From Octopus vulgaris (Eukaryota), in NCBI GenBank assembly GCA_951406725.2, contig OX597822.1, positions 103,850,001 to 103,914,000 on the forward strand: 64,000 nucleotides of DNA. Reading direction: 5' to 3'. Below are positions 52,266-64,000 of the stretch, piece by piece. The notes below the pieces were generated by a model that was given only the letters and a program-made list of their open reading frames with translations, was not told where the DNA came from and did no database searches. A program made the position numbers and the translations under genes. Within the stretch, counting starts at the first letter, position 1. Every line of letters begins with the position of its first letter.

Positions 52266-52401
52266 GGTGGTTAGAATTTGAATATATACCATCCAGTGAG
52301 CGCTATCATCTCCATTCAAGGATTCGTCATAAATCCATAATGAATCCCTGAATGGGAATGAAGGCGCTCACTAAATAGCATTTATCCAAATTCTGACCAC
52401 C
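52266..52401. repeat. Imperfect ~136-nt hairpin (MITE-like)
   Basis: GGTGGTTAGAATTTG/CAAATTCTGACCACC, AGTGAGCGC/GCGCTCACT and CCATTCAAGGATTC/GAATCCCTGAATGG pair. Confidence 0.85.
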
Positions 52402-52454
52402 ATCTTCTTTTTTAATTGTAAATTCCATAGTCTTTTCAAATGGCTAATAATGTG

Positions 52455-52772
52455 TGCGCGCGTGGAGGCGTCATCCAACCAAAGTAGAAATATATGGGAA
52501 ATTACCACCTGTATCATCTCTAGTGAAAGGTAGAAGAGTCCAGTTTGCTGGACATTGTTGTAGAGCTGAAAACGAGGTAATTTATACTCTTTTCACCTGG
52601 AAGCCATCTGCTCGCGATACCAGAGGGCGCACACTCTCCTACCCTGATGTAATCTCCAGAAATACAGGCATCCAGCAACAGGACCTCCGTAATGCTATGA
52701 TGGACCATGAAGTCTGGCGTAACATAGTAAATTCCATTGTCTCGACCGCGGTCCAACAATGAATAAATGAAT
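52455..52772 (+). mobile_element. RTE-group LINE 3' fragment
   Basis: WRRHPTKVEIYGKLPPVS..VKGRRVQFAGHC.R.....LFTWKP...RGR...AMMDHEVWR. Confidence 0.8.
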
Positions 52773-52978
52773 CTTTCTTAATATATCTCATGTGTGTACA
52801 GTTGGACGTATGATGACTACTGTATCTTCGGAATACAATAAAGTTTCCCTTGATGATCCTTTGCAGTTAGACATCCTAATTCACTTGGAACATTCTAACG
52901 CTGAGTTATTAATAACAACAATGTTCAAACGTATGCAAGAACTAAAAATGTATACTTGTGTTTATCTTTGTTAATATA

Positions 52979-54176
52979 CTAGCAGAATTGCCCGGCGATG
53001 CTCGGGGCTGAATTGCTTGAAAGTACTGTTAATGATTGCACTGAATTATGATGATTATTCAGGCAAATATTGATATAGGTTTACGGCGAATGAATGTATT
53101 TGTAAGTGTATAGAAAGCCGTGTAAAGGGGTTCCTACCCCGTCGTAGAATGGTGTAAGAATTGAATGCGAGGTTGCCTTGAAAAGAGCCATGTTATTGTT
53201 CTCATAATTGTAAGAATTTGACAGTCGTGGAAGGCAGTGTAAAACGTTCGCAGGTGAATAGGGTCTCTTCGTTTTCCACGAACGGCAGCGGATGTGCTGT
53301 TACAAAACTTCATGCTGTGTTAAAAGAGAATCGATGCCCTATGTAGGCAAGAGGGGAATGAAGCATGGGTAAGTAAATATGGGTAATTTATAAAATATAG
53401 AACATGCATGTATATATATGTATGTATGCCTGTATATATGTACAAAATCCACTGAGAAGGCTTTTGTTGGTCTGAAGCTACAGCAGAAGACACATGCCAA
53501 GTCACCACACAGTGGGACTGAACCCAGGACCATGTGTTTGGAACGTAGTTTGTTACCACACAGCCACACCTGCCCCTATGTATGTGTGTGTGTGTGTGTG
53601 CGTATGTGTGTATGGGTAGATGTATTATGCATGTATATATGTGTATATATATATGTGTACATATTACATGTACATCTATATATATACATCTACACATAAA
53701 ATACAAAATACAAAGTTATATCTTCATATCGCTAGTGATAACAATACTCAAAATATATAACAGACTGGAATTCTAGGCCCGTTTCTTGCAATTTTGATCA
53801 ATTGGATCTTGTCCCCCCTCTTGTATAGAAGTGTATGGCTGCAGCGAAATTCATTTTTGGACTTTCTTCTATCGAAGGCATTTTAACAAAAATGCTTCCG
53901 TAAAGACGGTGAAAATATTGTCAATTTCCTCAAACAGGGACACAATTCAATTTTTAAACAATAACCAAAGCCCCTTCTCCGAAAGGGGGAGGGTTACGGT
54001 TTACAATTATTTAACAAATGCAACACAACAACGTTTCCCTGGTGAGGAACCAACAAACGTGATTACAATAGTCAAACAGTAATAATAATAATAACAAACC
54101 TTTTTAATTTATCCCCATTTATGTGAAACCACTTATTCAAGTTCAAGTCATTGATGCAATTTTATACGAATTGCTA
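52979..54176 (-). mobile_element. Non-autonomous Helitron carrying a SINE D fragment (53440-53578)
   Basis: CTAGCAGAATTGCCCGGCGATGCTCGGG terminus; 53680-53840 and 54100-54175 are reverse complements of parts of 39660-40250. Confidence 0.65.
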
Positions 54177-54219
<43 letters not shown>

Positions 54220-54719
54220 AGGGTGAAAAATTGAATATTAATTTGATTAATATGAATTGAAAACCAGTGGTATAGCATATAAGACCATAGCGGATCTTCC
54301 TCTAGCAAAAAGGACGACCACTATTAATGGCTCATCCCTGTTATATAATACTTTCACTTTAATAGTTTCACACTTGCAAAGAGAAAGTAGGAGAAAGTGT
54401 GGTGGTAATGGAAGGAGTAAACCACTTGAAATGAGAGAGGCAAATCGTAAAATATTGAGTTTTCTCCAAATTTTGCTTAATTGGGGGTCAAATTGAAAAA
54501 ACTTTACATGCCATGACCCAATCGAATCTACTTGGAAAAATCAAAGGTAAATTCCTATTGAAGAAATTCCATATTGTAGAATTGTATTAAAAAGAAACAT
54601 GGGAACAGGCAGAGAAAATCTGCCTTTTATCATAAGAGATATCATCCTTGAACAGGTTCATTCTACTGATGGACGAAAGCCTTAGTATGTTCTCTCTACC
54701 AACCATAGTTTAATGTTTT

Positions 54720-55015
54720 CCTCATACATGTTTGGGCGTCGAAGAATTGAACATAGTCTTCATTCCAACATCTGCACGGTCTTCCCCTCCCTCTTTATTT
54801 TCTGGATGTGTTGTCCACTCTGTCAGTTTTCTATTCCATCTATTATCCTTTCTTCTAAACACATGTCCCACAAAAGACGATTTTAAGATTTTTATTTTCC
54901 AGGTAATGTCCCTTAAACCTGTTACCACTCTTATCCTACTGTTTCCCCACTTATCCTTCAGCGTTCCCATTTCCATGGCTCTTTGTGTTGGTCTTAATTC
55001 ATTTTCAAAAACTCT
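54720..55015 (-). mobile_element. Old RTE LINE remnant
   Basis: TQRAME...NSRIRVVTGLRDI....LK..FVGHVFRRKDNRWNRKLTEW. Confidence 0.7.
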
Positions 55016-55831
55016 TGTTGGTAGTCCATGTTTCTGAAAACTATGCGTACTATGTCTAATCATGTTTCTGAATGGTAAGCGGCACACACTACTTAAAAAT
55101 CTTTCTCTGTGGTCACATATAAAGTTAAAAGATATTAAAATTCTTGCATAATCCTTGGTGACTTAAATAACACCATTTCAGGTAAATTGCATATATTTTA
55201 TTGAGCCAACCGCCAAATCAATATACATTGTCAGACCAAGCACTCCATACATATTATTCAGACAAATGATCTCTATATTTTCTGCAACTGTTATAAAAAT
55301 CTCTGCTTCGCAACGCTAGCTAAGCCCCTGCCGCATTTAGTCAAGTATTTCTGCCTCATTCGATTTTCTGTCTTCCCTCACCCTTGTTCTTTCCACACAC
55401 CCTCGGTTCTTCGCTAATTACTACGTCCAGTTCTTCCTTTCCAGAACCCTGATTCTCTAATTTCCTCTTTTCCCATATTATTTTGTGCAGTGTTAACCTT
55501 ACAAATGTTCAAAAGGAACATTATGACACCATTTATTGAAGTCACCCTGTTTATGAAATGCACATAATGTGATTCATGCTGAACCTTCTAGAAGCTTCTA
55601 TTTCTCTGAATCATATCTACCGAGGATGGAATTATGTTTAGTACTGATTACAAGAGAACACACGTTAATTATAGAGTGCTCGGTTGTTTACATCGATGAA
55701 CCATTCAAAGTTATCGTAAGAGCCAACGAGGAAGCCTGCGTGTGGTCGATCGATCATCTAAATTTATCAATGGAATTTCCTGCAAATACACGAAGCTGTC
55801 TTAAGAATGGAATAGGAGTAAACATATTGTT

Positions 55832-56020
55832 ATGTATGTATGTATGTATGTATGTATGTATGTATGTATGTATGTATGTATGTATGTATGTATGTATGTA
55901 TGCATGTATGTATGTATGTATGTATGTATGTATGTACGTACGTATGTATGTATGTATGTATGTATGTATGTATGTATGCATGTATGTATGTATGTATGTA
56001 TGTATGTATGTATGTATGCA
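55832..56020. repeat. (TGTA)n microsatellite
   Basis: Directly visible. Confidence 0.98.
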
Positions 56021-56172
56021 TGCCTGCATTGACAGCTATATCTCGATATTTAGATATATCGGTATCCATATATGTACATCGCTGCATCTCTAAATATAGC
56101 TGTATAGATATCGGGGTAGATACGTCGATATATATTTACTGATATACAATATTGATATATACTGCATATCAA

Positions 56173-56209
<37 letters not shown>

Positions 56210-57058
56210 TAGATAGATATATCGATAAACAGTTAATAATTTCGGAAATGTTTATTGCTATATATTCCGATATACAAAGAATTTGAACGATTAAGAACGG
56301 AACATTGATCATAGATCTGATCTATCAGGATTGACCTTGGGCTAAGGTAACAACAACAACAACAACAATATAGAAAAGGTTCATAGGCTTGAGAATTAAT
56401 AGAGATCGGACTGTCGTTCACGAGAAAAAATTTTTCTGCTTCAAGTGAAAACAAACAACCCAACGAATCCGCAATGCAGTTTTCTAATGCACGTCTCCTT
56501 ATAGCAAATTTAATTTTAATCATTTCTTAACTAAGCAACTAAGCTACGTGCTGTCCTTCATAATTTTCTGCTTGTTGATCCTGTTTACTTTTGAAAAAGT
56601 ATTCTTATGTTAAAGCAATATCGAATTCGAACTAAACAACATAAACGTAATTAAAACTTTTTAAAGAAATTATACTCGCTAATATAACTGAAAGTACGTG
56701 ATAATATTTTGATACACCATAAAGCAAATTTATTTCCAGATAATTCAACTATGATATTGTGTGCTATACAAAGTGTTTCGCCGACAGATACATAGAATTG
56801 AAGCCAAATTTGGTTTTCATGTATGGACATTCTATCACTTTTTTCCTGATCATACATGTAGTGTTAATTGAAATAATTGATTAAGAGAAGCCACATGTGA
56901 TTAACTTTGCAGTCAGACTTTAGAAATATTTTATTTTTTATATTGTTACTCGAAATTTTCATAACTGTTTCTATTATAAATTTTTACTTCATATTCTATA
57001 TTTTGGTTTTGTTTAAAAAATAATTATTAAATCATTAGTGTTTTTTTTTTTTTTTCAG

Positions 57059-57168
57059 TTTAAAAATAAATGATGTTTTGCTACAAAAAGAGACAGGAAT
57101 GGTTTAAAGATCATACGGAATCATTAATCATAATTTCTTCTAATATGATTTTCAATGCCCAATACATG
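57059..57168 (+). other. Candidate non-coding (5' UTR) exon of the GPCR gene
   Basis: Strong acceptor (T)15CAG ending at 57058 and consensus donor ATG|GTGAGT at 57168/57169. Confidence 0.4.
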
Positions 57169-57365
57169 GTGAGTTCTCGTCGTGCCTTCTTCATACTTGT
57201 TGATTCTCACAAAATGTTCTTCTGTCTGCAGTTCAGATATACATAGGTTTTAGTTTATTTCAACCTATATTTCCTTTATTTTTATTTTTACTATTATATT
57301 TCTCACACTTTCTTTTGAGATCTTCATCTATGTTAAATCTCGCTTTGATTTTATAAACATCTATA

Positions 57366-57750
57366 GGAAGCACTCCGTCGGTTACGACGACGAGGGTTCC
57401 GGTTGATCCGAATCAACGGAACAGCCTGCTCGTGAAATTAACGTGTAAGTGGCTGAGCACTCCACAGACACGTGTACCCTTAACGTAGTTCTCGGGGATA
57501 TTCAGCGTGACACAGAGAGTGACAAGGCCGGCCCTTTTGAAATACAGGTACAACAAAAACAGGAAGTAAGAGTGAGAGAAAGTCGTGGTGAAAGAGTACA
57601 GCAGGGATCGCCACCATCCCCTGCCGGAGCCTCGTGGAGCTTTAGGTGTTTTCGCTCAATAAACACTTACAATGCCTGGTCTGGGAATCGAAACCGCGAT
57701 CCTATGACCGCGAGTCCGCTGCCCTAACCACTGGGCCATTGCGCCTCCAC
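57366..57750 (-). mobile_element. SINE (head A, tail 1)
   Basis: TSD ATAAACATCTATA at 57353-57365 and 57751-57763. Confidence 0.92.
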
Positions 57751-57964
57751 ATAAACATCTATATAGCAGCAGTGACTGTGCCTCAGCGTGGCCACTATTT
57801 CCAACTGAAACAGGTTAAAGTAATGATAAGAATGAAGATTATAATACGGTTATATTTTTGTGTTGTGGTTTATAATATATTAGTATACTATGCTTTTGTT
57901 TTATTTGTTTTTCTATAGCTTTGTATACAGGCAGAAAAATACTTTGCAAAAGATATATATGTAA

Positions 57965-58365
57965 CTAGCAGTATCGCCCGGCGTTGCTCGGGTTTGTAAG
58001 GGAAATAACTATATAGGCATTTTTAGAGAGTTATAGCCAAAAAATAGCAAAAAAAGTGCATTAAAAATGGAAAAAAAATGATAGTAAATTTTTTTTTAAA
58101 TCGTTGACTCATCGTAGACATTTTTCGAGAGTTACTTCCCTTATATAATAGCGAAAAAGATGCATTAAAATGGAAAAAAATTATGGTAAATTTTTTTTTT
58201 AAATCGTAGACTCATCGTAGACGTGCACTAATACCCAGAAGGGCTCGATATGAATCACGACTATAAGATACCCGGTTTTGGTTAAACTGCACCGCAAAAT
58301 GTGGGAGTAGTTAGGAATCTAAATCGTAGGAGACAGACACACAACTTCTCTTTTATATATACAGA
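57965..58365 (-). mobile_element. Non-autonomous Helitron
   Basis: CTAGCAGTATCGCCCGGCGTTGCTCGGG terminus; related to 35699-36202. Confidence 0.88.
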
Positions 58366-58582
58366 TGTATGTTGCACTAATTGTTTTGATATGATCCTAA
58401 ATTTCCTTATTTAATTTTCCTATTTTCCAGCTAAAATTCAAACTCTATGCTTAATATCGACGTGCAAAAAGTGTGCAATCTTGCTGGAAATATAAACATA
58501 CAACAAGGCAGCGGGAAGTTTGAAATGAAATAACAGCATTAAATACCTTAATGAATAATTATTATATTTCATATATATTACA

Positions 58583-58748
58583 ATGGAAAACCAGCTTAAT
58601 TCAACAGTGGTTATTGACGAATTGAATAATACTCTTAATGGTACAGTTGGTTACAGTTTGGGCACGTTTATAAACCCGTTCAACAAAATACATATCAAAG
58701 TAACATTTTGCTTTTTGTACTCTGTGATATTCATGTGTTGTGTATTTG
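58583..58748 (+). CDS. First coding exon of a class A neuropeptide-type GPCR (trissin receptor-like); exon likely 58431-58748
   Basis: MENQLNSTVVIDELNNTLNGTVGYSLGTFINPFNKIHIKVTFCFLYSVIFMCCVF(G): three N-glycosylation sequons, a TM1 helix, phase-1 donor G|GTAAGT splitting the Gly of the expected GN motif, and acceptor TTTTCCTATTTTCCAG ending at 58430. Confidence 0.8.
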
Positions 58749-58774
58749 GTAAGTGTTTACCATTTTTATAATTC

Positions 58775-59128
58775 GATTGCTTGTTGTGCTCACTTTCCAG
58801 CCATTTGGGTTCGGGTTCAGTCTCACTGTGCGGCACATTGGACAAGTGTCTTTTACTGTAAGTGAATTTATGAGTGAATTTGGTGAGACAGACACTGTGA
58901 AGATTCCCGCCATATGTATCTGTCTTCGAGTTAGTGTTAATCTTCTACCACTGCTCGACAACTGGTGTTGGTTTGTTTACGTCCCTGTAACTTAGCGTTT
59001 CAACAGATAGAGTAAGCATCAAACTTTTAAAATTAGCACTAGGGGGGTCTATCTGTTCGTCTAAACCCTTCAAGGCGTTATCCTTGCATGGCTGCTGTTC
59101 AATGATTGAAACCAGTAAAAGATAAAAG
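58775..59128 (+). mobile_element. Old diverged SINE D
   Basis: GGGTTCAGTCTCACTGTGCGGCAC...GTAACTTAGCG...GATTGAAACCAGTAAAAGATAAAA. Confidence 0.7.
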
Positions 59129-60390
59129 GGTTTATTATCTGTGTAATCCTTCAGCTATTTTATTCTTTGTTAGGCGGAGTTCATTAGATTTTCAAATCGA
59201 TCTTAGAACTTTGTTATCTTTAGCATAAAGTTCCTGGTACATAATTGTTTTAATTGTAAATATGTGTGCATGTGTGGAGAGTGGAAAAAAAAAGTGGTCA
59301 TTCTTTTTATAATATTTTGTTAAATTTCCTAGTCTAATTAAGTTAGAATCTTAAGTTAGAACTAAGACGCCACCGCTTTAACGCCACTTCCTGGTACCTT
59401 GTATGTTTTTAGCGGAGTCTACTCTCTTGCCAGTCCTTCAAGTTAAAGATATCTTCTCTCCACCCCACAGATCTTGGAGGCTCTGCGACGGGTTGTTCGT
59501 GCAACCTTACCTTATGACTTTAAGATAGTAAAAAAAAAGAACGTATCTATACATTTTAAATACGTGCTAGCAAATTTGAATGTGAATATTTGATCGCTGT
59601 TGTTTTTCATCTTCGGCGAATATTTTCTCTCCTTATCCGACAGGTGATCATAACACGTGATTCACCGGTGTAAAGGTTTCAGACGTCAAGGTGTTTCGAT
59701 CTTGTGTGTCTAATCAGTCAACGTTATCCCGCTGGTCTGATGTATCTGACAACAGCACAAGCGTTCGTTTATATGAATCAACAGAAGATAATTATATTTT
59801 TTATACATACTGTTGTCGCCCGAACAAATAATAATCTATGGGGTACAAACTGTACAGCGAATAACTAAACAATACTTATTCATAGTTAAAAGTATCTATT
59901 CATATTTAATACGTTCTGGAAAATAACGAACATATTAAGAATGAATAAATATGTTATCATTTTATTTGATCTAAGTTGAGATTCTCGCTGTTCTGCGGCA
60001 AGCAATGAATCATAATAAAAAAATATTTTATGGAAAAAGGAAGGAGCAATATGCTACGTTGAACTATTCAATAGACACCGCTGAGAATGAAACTATATTT
60101 AAATCTGTGACAATGTTTAATGCTTCCTCAGATATTATTGTATATTGCCTCAGGGGTCACAAGTATCTTTACTCTGTCATGATTGAAAAAAATATGTTTT
60201 AACTCTTAATATGCTTTAATGGCAGACATCATCAAATGACGTTTCAAAATTTTCACGTAGATATCGCCGTCATCAAAAGAAAGTAAAGTGAATATTTTGC
60301 AGGACTTTTCATTGATGACACTAAATTTTAATAAGCGACAGACTAACAATTATTATAGTTTTTGTATTTATCTAAAGTGAAAATAAGTAT

Positions 60391-60813
60391 ACTCTCTTTT
60401 CTTTTAGTCTCTTTTATTTGTTTCAGTCATTTGAATGCGGCCATGCTGGAGCACCGCCTTTAGTCGAGCAAATCGGCTCCAAGACTTATTCTTTGGAAGC
60501 CTTGTACTTATTCCATCGGTCACTTTTGCCAAATCACTAAGTTATGGGGACGTAAACACACCAGCATCGGTTGTCAAGCAATGTTGGGGGGACAAACACA
60601 GATAGACAAACATATACACACACACATATATATATATACATATATACGACAGGCTTCTTTCAGTTTCCGTCTACCAAATCCACTCACAAGATTTTTGGTC
60701 AGCCCGAGGCTATAGTAGAAGACACTTGCCCAAGGTGCCACGCAGTGGGACTGAACCCGGAAACATGTGGTTGGTAAGCAAGCTACTTACCGCACAGCCA
60801 CTCTTGCACCTAG
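60391..60813 (-). mobile_element. SINE D
   Basis: Full-length match to 3764-4185. Confidence 0.9.
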
Positions 60814-61681
60814 ATGAAAATTACTCTTAAGAAAAAGTGATATCTTTTTTGCGTTTTTGGAACATATTCATTCAACCCTTTTTCCGCCTTTTAAGGGCTA
60901 AAGTCACACCAACACGGAGACTTCTGGGTAGTCTTACAACTTGATAAAAATGATAGAAATGCTTCCCTCAAATTCCACCTGCTTGTCTAATGGGGGAGAG
61001 TGAGAGAGAGGGGAGAGTGAGAGCTAGAAAAGGGGATAAAGGGACAGAGGGATTGAGGGGGTATAAGAAAGAGATATGTAGAGAGGAGATAGAGAGGTAG
61101 AGGAGTGTATAGAGAGGGAGAGGGAGAGGAGTGTAGAGAGAGGGAGGTATAATAACGGTTGGAATCATGTAGTGCAGGAGAAATATAATCGCAAAAATAT
61201 AGGGCTTGATTATCATTTTAGCAAGGCTTTTCATCATAGGTCTGCTGGTTCGGGACAGATCTCTCAGGGCTAAACAAAAACAACAGCAACAACAATATAG
61301 ACTTCAATAAACTTATCTTTTGCAAATCGAAATCTTACTTGGTACCAAAAATCGATATGTGCCTGCAGAAAAATCTCTCTTTAGAAATATTAATTACTAC
61401 TGTCAGATGGCAGATAATTTGATGTTTTGTTAACAATGCAAATAACTTCAACAATAGATACTTCCTCACAGGAAAACAAAAATAACATTAAAAAGAGAAA
61501 AAAAAAAGCAAAGAAAAAGAAGGATAGCTCACCAACCGGTTTTTGAGAGGATATTGTTTCGTACATGAAAATCCATGATATCTATATTTGTATGCTCGAA
61601 TATAAACTGTACTAATTGAATCTTTTCTAGAATAATACTGTGATTGATTGCGTATTTAGATATCATCATAATATACCAAAA

Positions 61682-61720
61682 GTATATATACATATGTGTG
61701 TGTGTGTATATATGTATATA

Positions 61721-61778
<58 letters not shown>

Positions 61779-61879
61779 AAGGTAAAGAGAGAGAAAATAG
61801 CAAGCTTCTGACATTTATACATATAATGTTGTATATATGTATACGCACAGACACACACATATATATTTATAGATAAATA

Positions 61880-61934
<55 letters not shown>

Positions 61935-62093
61935 ATATATATATACATGTATATATACGTGTATATATATATATATATATATATATATGCATATGGATAT
62001 AAATATGTATGTATTTATAGTTATATATATGTGTGTGTATGTCTATATGTAAATATATGTATTTACACATATATGTGTGTGTGTGCGTCTGTC

Positions 62094-62165
<72 letters not shown>

Positions 62166-62227
62166 TATCCATATATATGTATATATATGCATATTCACAC
62201 ACACATATATATCCATATATATATATA
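61682..62227. repeat. Compound (TA)n/(TATC)n/(CA)n microsatellites
   Basis: Directly visible. Confidence 0.95.
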
Positions 62228-63435
62228 TTTTAAAATCTTTTAGAAGACCACCAGTTTCTTAATTTGAGATCTAACCGAGCTGTAATTATTTTATAATGGA
62301 TAAATCTTAGGTATTTTAACAAGCATTTACATCCATTGTATCTACCACAAAAGTAAGTTTTAGTGTAGGTTGCTTAGATACATTAGACTAATGTATTGTA
62401 GGTCTTACTCTATCAAAACTTCTGGTATAAGTCAACTGCAGTCGTAACCAAACAATGGAAACTAAATCAATTCTGATTTGGTTCTATATTAAAACACATT
62501 TAAGTAAATAAAGAATGACAAGGAGAAAAAGGAAGGCAAAATTGTGGAACAATGCATATTAATTATATACATTAACAGTAAATTGTCGAGGACAATAGAA
62601 GATAATCGTTTCAATCCGAGGTATAAGGTTACATATTTAGTGGAAAGAAATTAATTCTTCGATTTTGAATTTGTTTTACAATAATTTTTGTCTTGAATGG
62701 TACGTTGAAACCGATATTGTTATATATAAGAATTGTGTGTTTGTGTGTGTTTGCGCGTGTAAATGAGTGCAAATCGTGAAAAGAGATGATATTTCTGTAT
62801 GCGAAGATGCAGCTAATGTTGAGATTATAATAATCTGACAATAACAACCATTTATGACTGCTTTGTGCTATTGACTGGGGGTGGAAACAGAGTATGTCTT
62901 CTTTAAGGAGTGGTCAACAAACAACGAGTCCTTGTATCAGGAGACTCCTTTCATCTTTTTTTCTATACATCAGTAGCATAGAAAAAATGTTTGCGTTTTT
63001 AGTTTACCCATAGTAGGAATTGCAACGTATAAATTTATAATAGTACTTTTGATAATTTCAGAAAAAAAAATCTCATCTTTTGCTAATGAGAAACATTAAG
63101 ACGACTAGCGCTCAAGTATAGCTAAGATAGACAAAAGTCATGATTTATATCACTAATCTTATTCATAAACTCAAAATAATTGGGAAAAGGATATTATAAT
63201 CTTTTGCTAATGAGAATGATTAATATGGCTAGAGCTATAGTACAACTGAAGTACGCAATATGATAATTGGTTATTATTCACCTGCACACAGCAACAGTAA
63301 TTATCAGGCGGCTATATCAGCAAAGAAGGTTAATCACATAGTAATTAACAAATTACTTGCTCACACCATATTGCTGCAACCGCTTAAAACTAAATTATAA
63401 TGCCTACACTAAACTAATGCTTTAGGGAGAGTTTA

Positions 63436-63687
63436 TAAATAAAATAAATGCGTCCTTTTAAAGCCTAACTAGGCTCATGGGCCTGATTTCCCGGTTTCTA
63501 TGGCGTATGTGTTCCCTAGCCGGATGGGACGCCAGTCCATCGCAGCGTTACTCATTTTTGCCAGCTGAGTGGACTGGAGCAACGTGCTTTGTTCAAGAAC
63601 ACAACGCCTTGCCCGGTCCAGGAATCGAAACCACAATCTTACGATTATGATGATGACACTCTAACCACTAAGCCACGCGCCTCCACA
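63436..63687 (-). mobile_element. SINE (head B, tail 2)
   Basis: TSD AGGGAGAGTTTA at 63424-63435 and 63688-63699. Confidence 0.9.
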
Positions 63688-63872
63688 AGGGAGAGTTTAA
63701 GGCATCAAAATTAAAAGGTAAATGAAAAGCGCTATTGATAATTCTCATCAAAGACAGGGTACTGAGGCCTATTGAAAGGTGGAAAGCGTTGGAGAATGAA
63801 TCTAATCTTTGGCGAATTTAATACAGTGAGGACGGTTAAGCTACGGACATATATCGTTCATAGTGAAATTTT

Positions 63873-64000
63873 CGTGGTTGTGTGGTAAGTGACTTGCTTA
63901 CCAACCACATGGTTCCGGGTTCAGTCCCACTGCGTGGTACCTTGGGCAAGTGTCTTCTACTATAGCCTCGGGCCGACTAAAGCCCTGTGAGTGGATTTGG
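63873..64000 (+). mobile_element. SINE D, truncated by the window end
   Basis: GTGTGGTAAG..CCAACCACATGGTTCCGGGTTCAGTCCC. Confidence 0.88.

Noticed and set aside
58749-58771. ORF-track extension KCLPFL-stop of the GPCR exon
   Set aside because: Lies past the GTAAGT donor and is intronic read-through.
59620-59665. Acceptor-like site as GPCR exon 2
   Set aside because: Phase-1 reading gives GDHNT-stop rather than GN plus hydrophobic residues; no suitable exon was found before 64000.

Overview
AT-rich, repeat-saturated animal genomic DNA. The SINE, Helitron and microsatellite content suggests a cephalopod (octopus-like), but this is an inference. Nearly all ORFs in the supplied track are artefacts of microsatellites or transposon remnants. 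The only credible host-gene sequence is the first coding exon of a class A (rhodopsin-like) GPCR at 58583-58748 (+), resembling trissin receptors, with a candidate upstream non-coding exon. The rest is nested mobile DNA: four tRNA-type SINE groups (here called A-D), two mariner elements, non-autonomous and decayed autonomous Helitrons, Tx1, R4/Dong, CR1 and RTE LINE fragments, and Penelope-like remnants. Most notable: (i) six hammerhead-ribozyme motifs, two of them canonical and facing each other inside an ~845-bp fold-back, plus two spacerless palindromes; (ii) a SINE whose 3' tail matches the 3' end of a microsatellite-embedded Tx1 LINE and which forms arrays joined at the same internal nucleotide; (iii) combinatorial head/tail swapping among SINEs.
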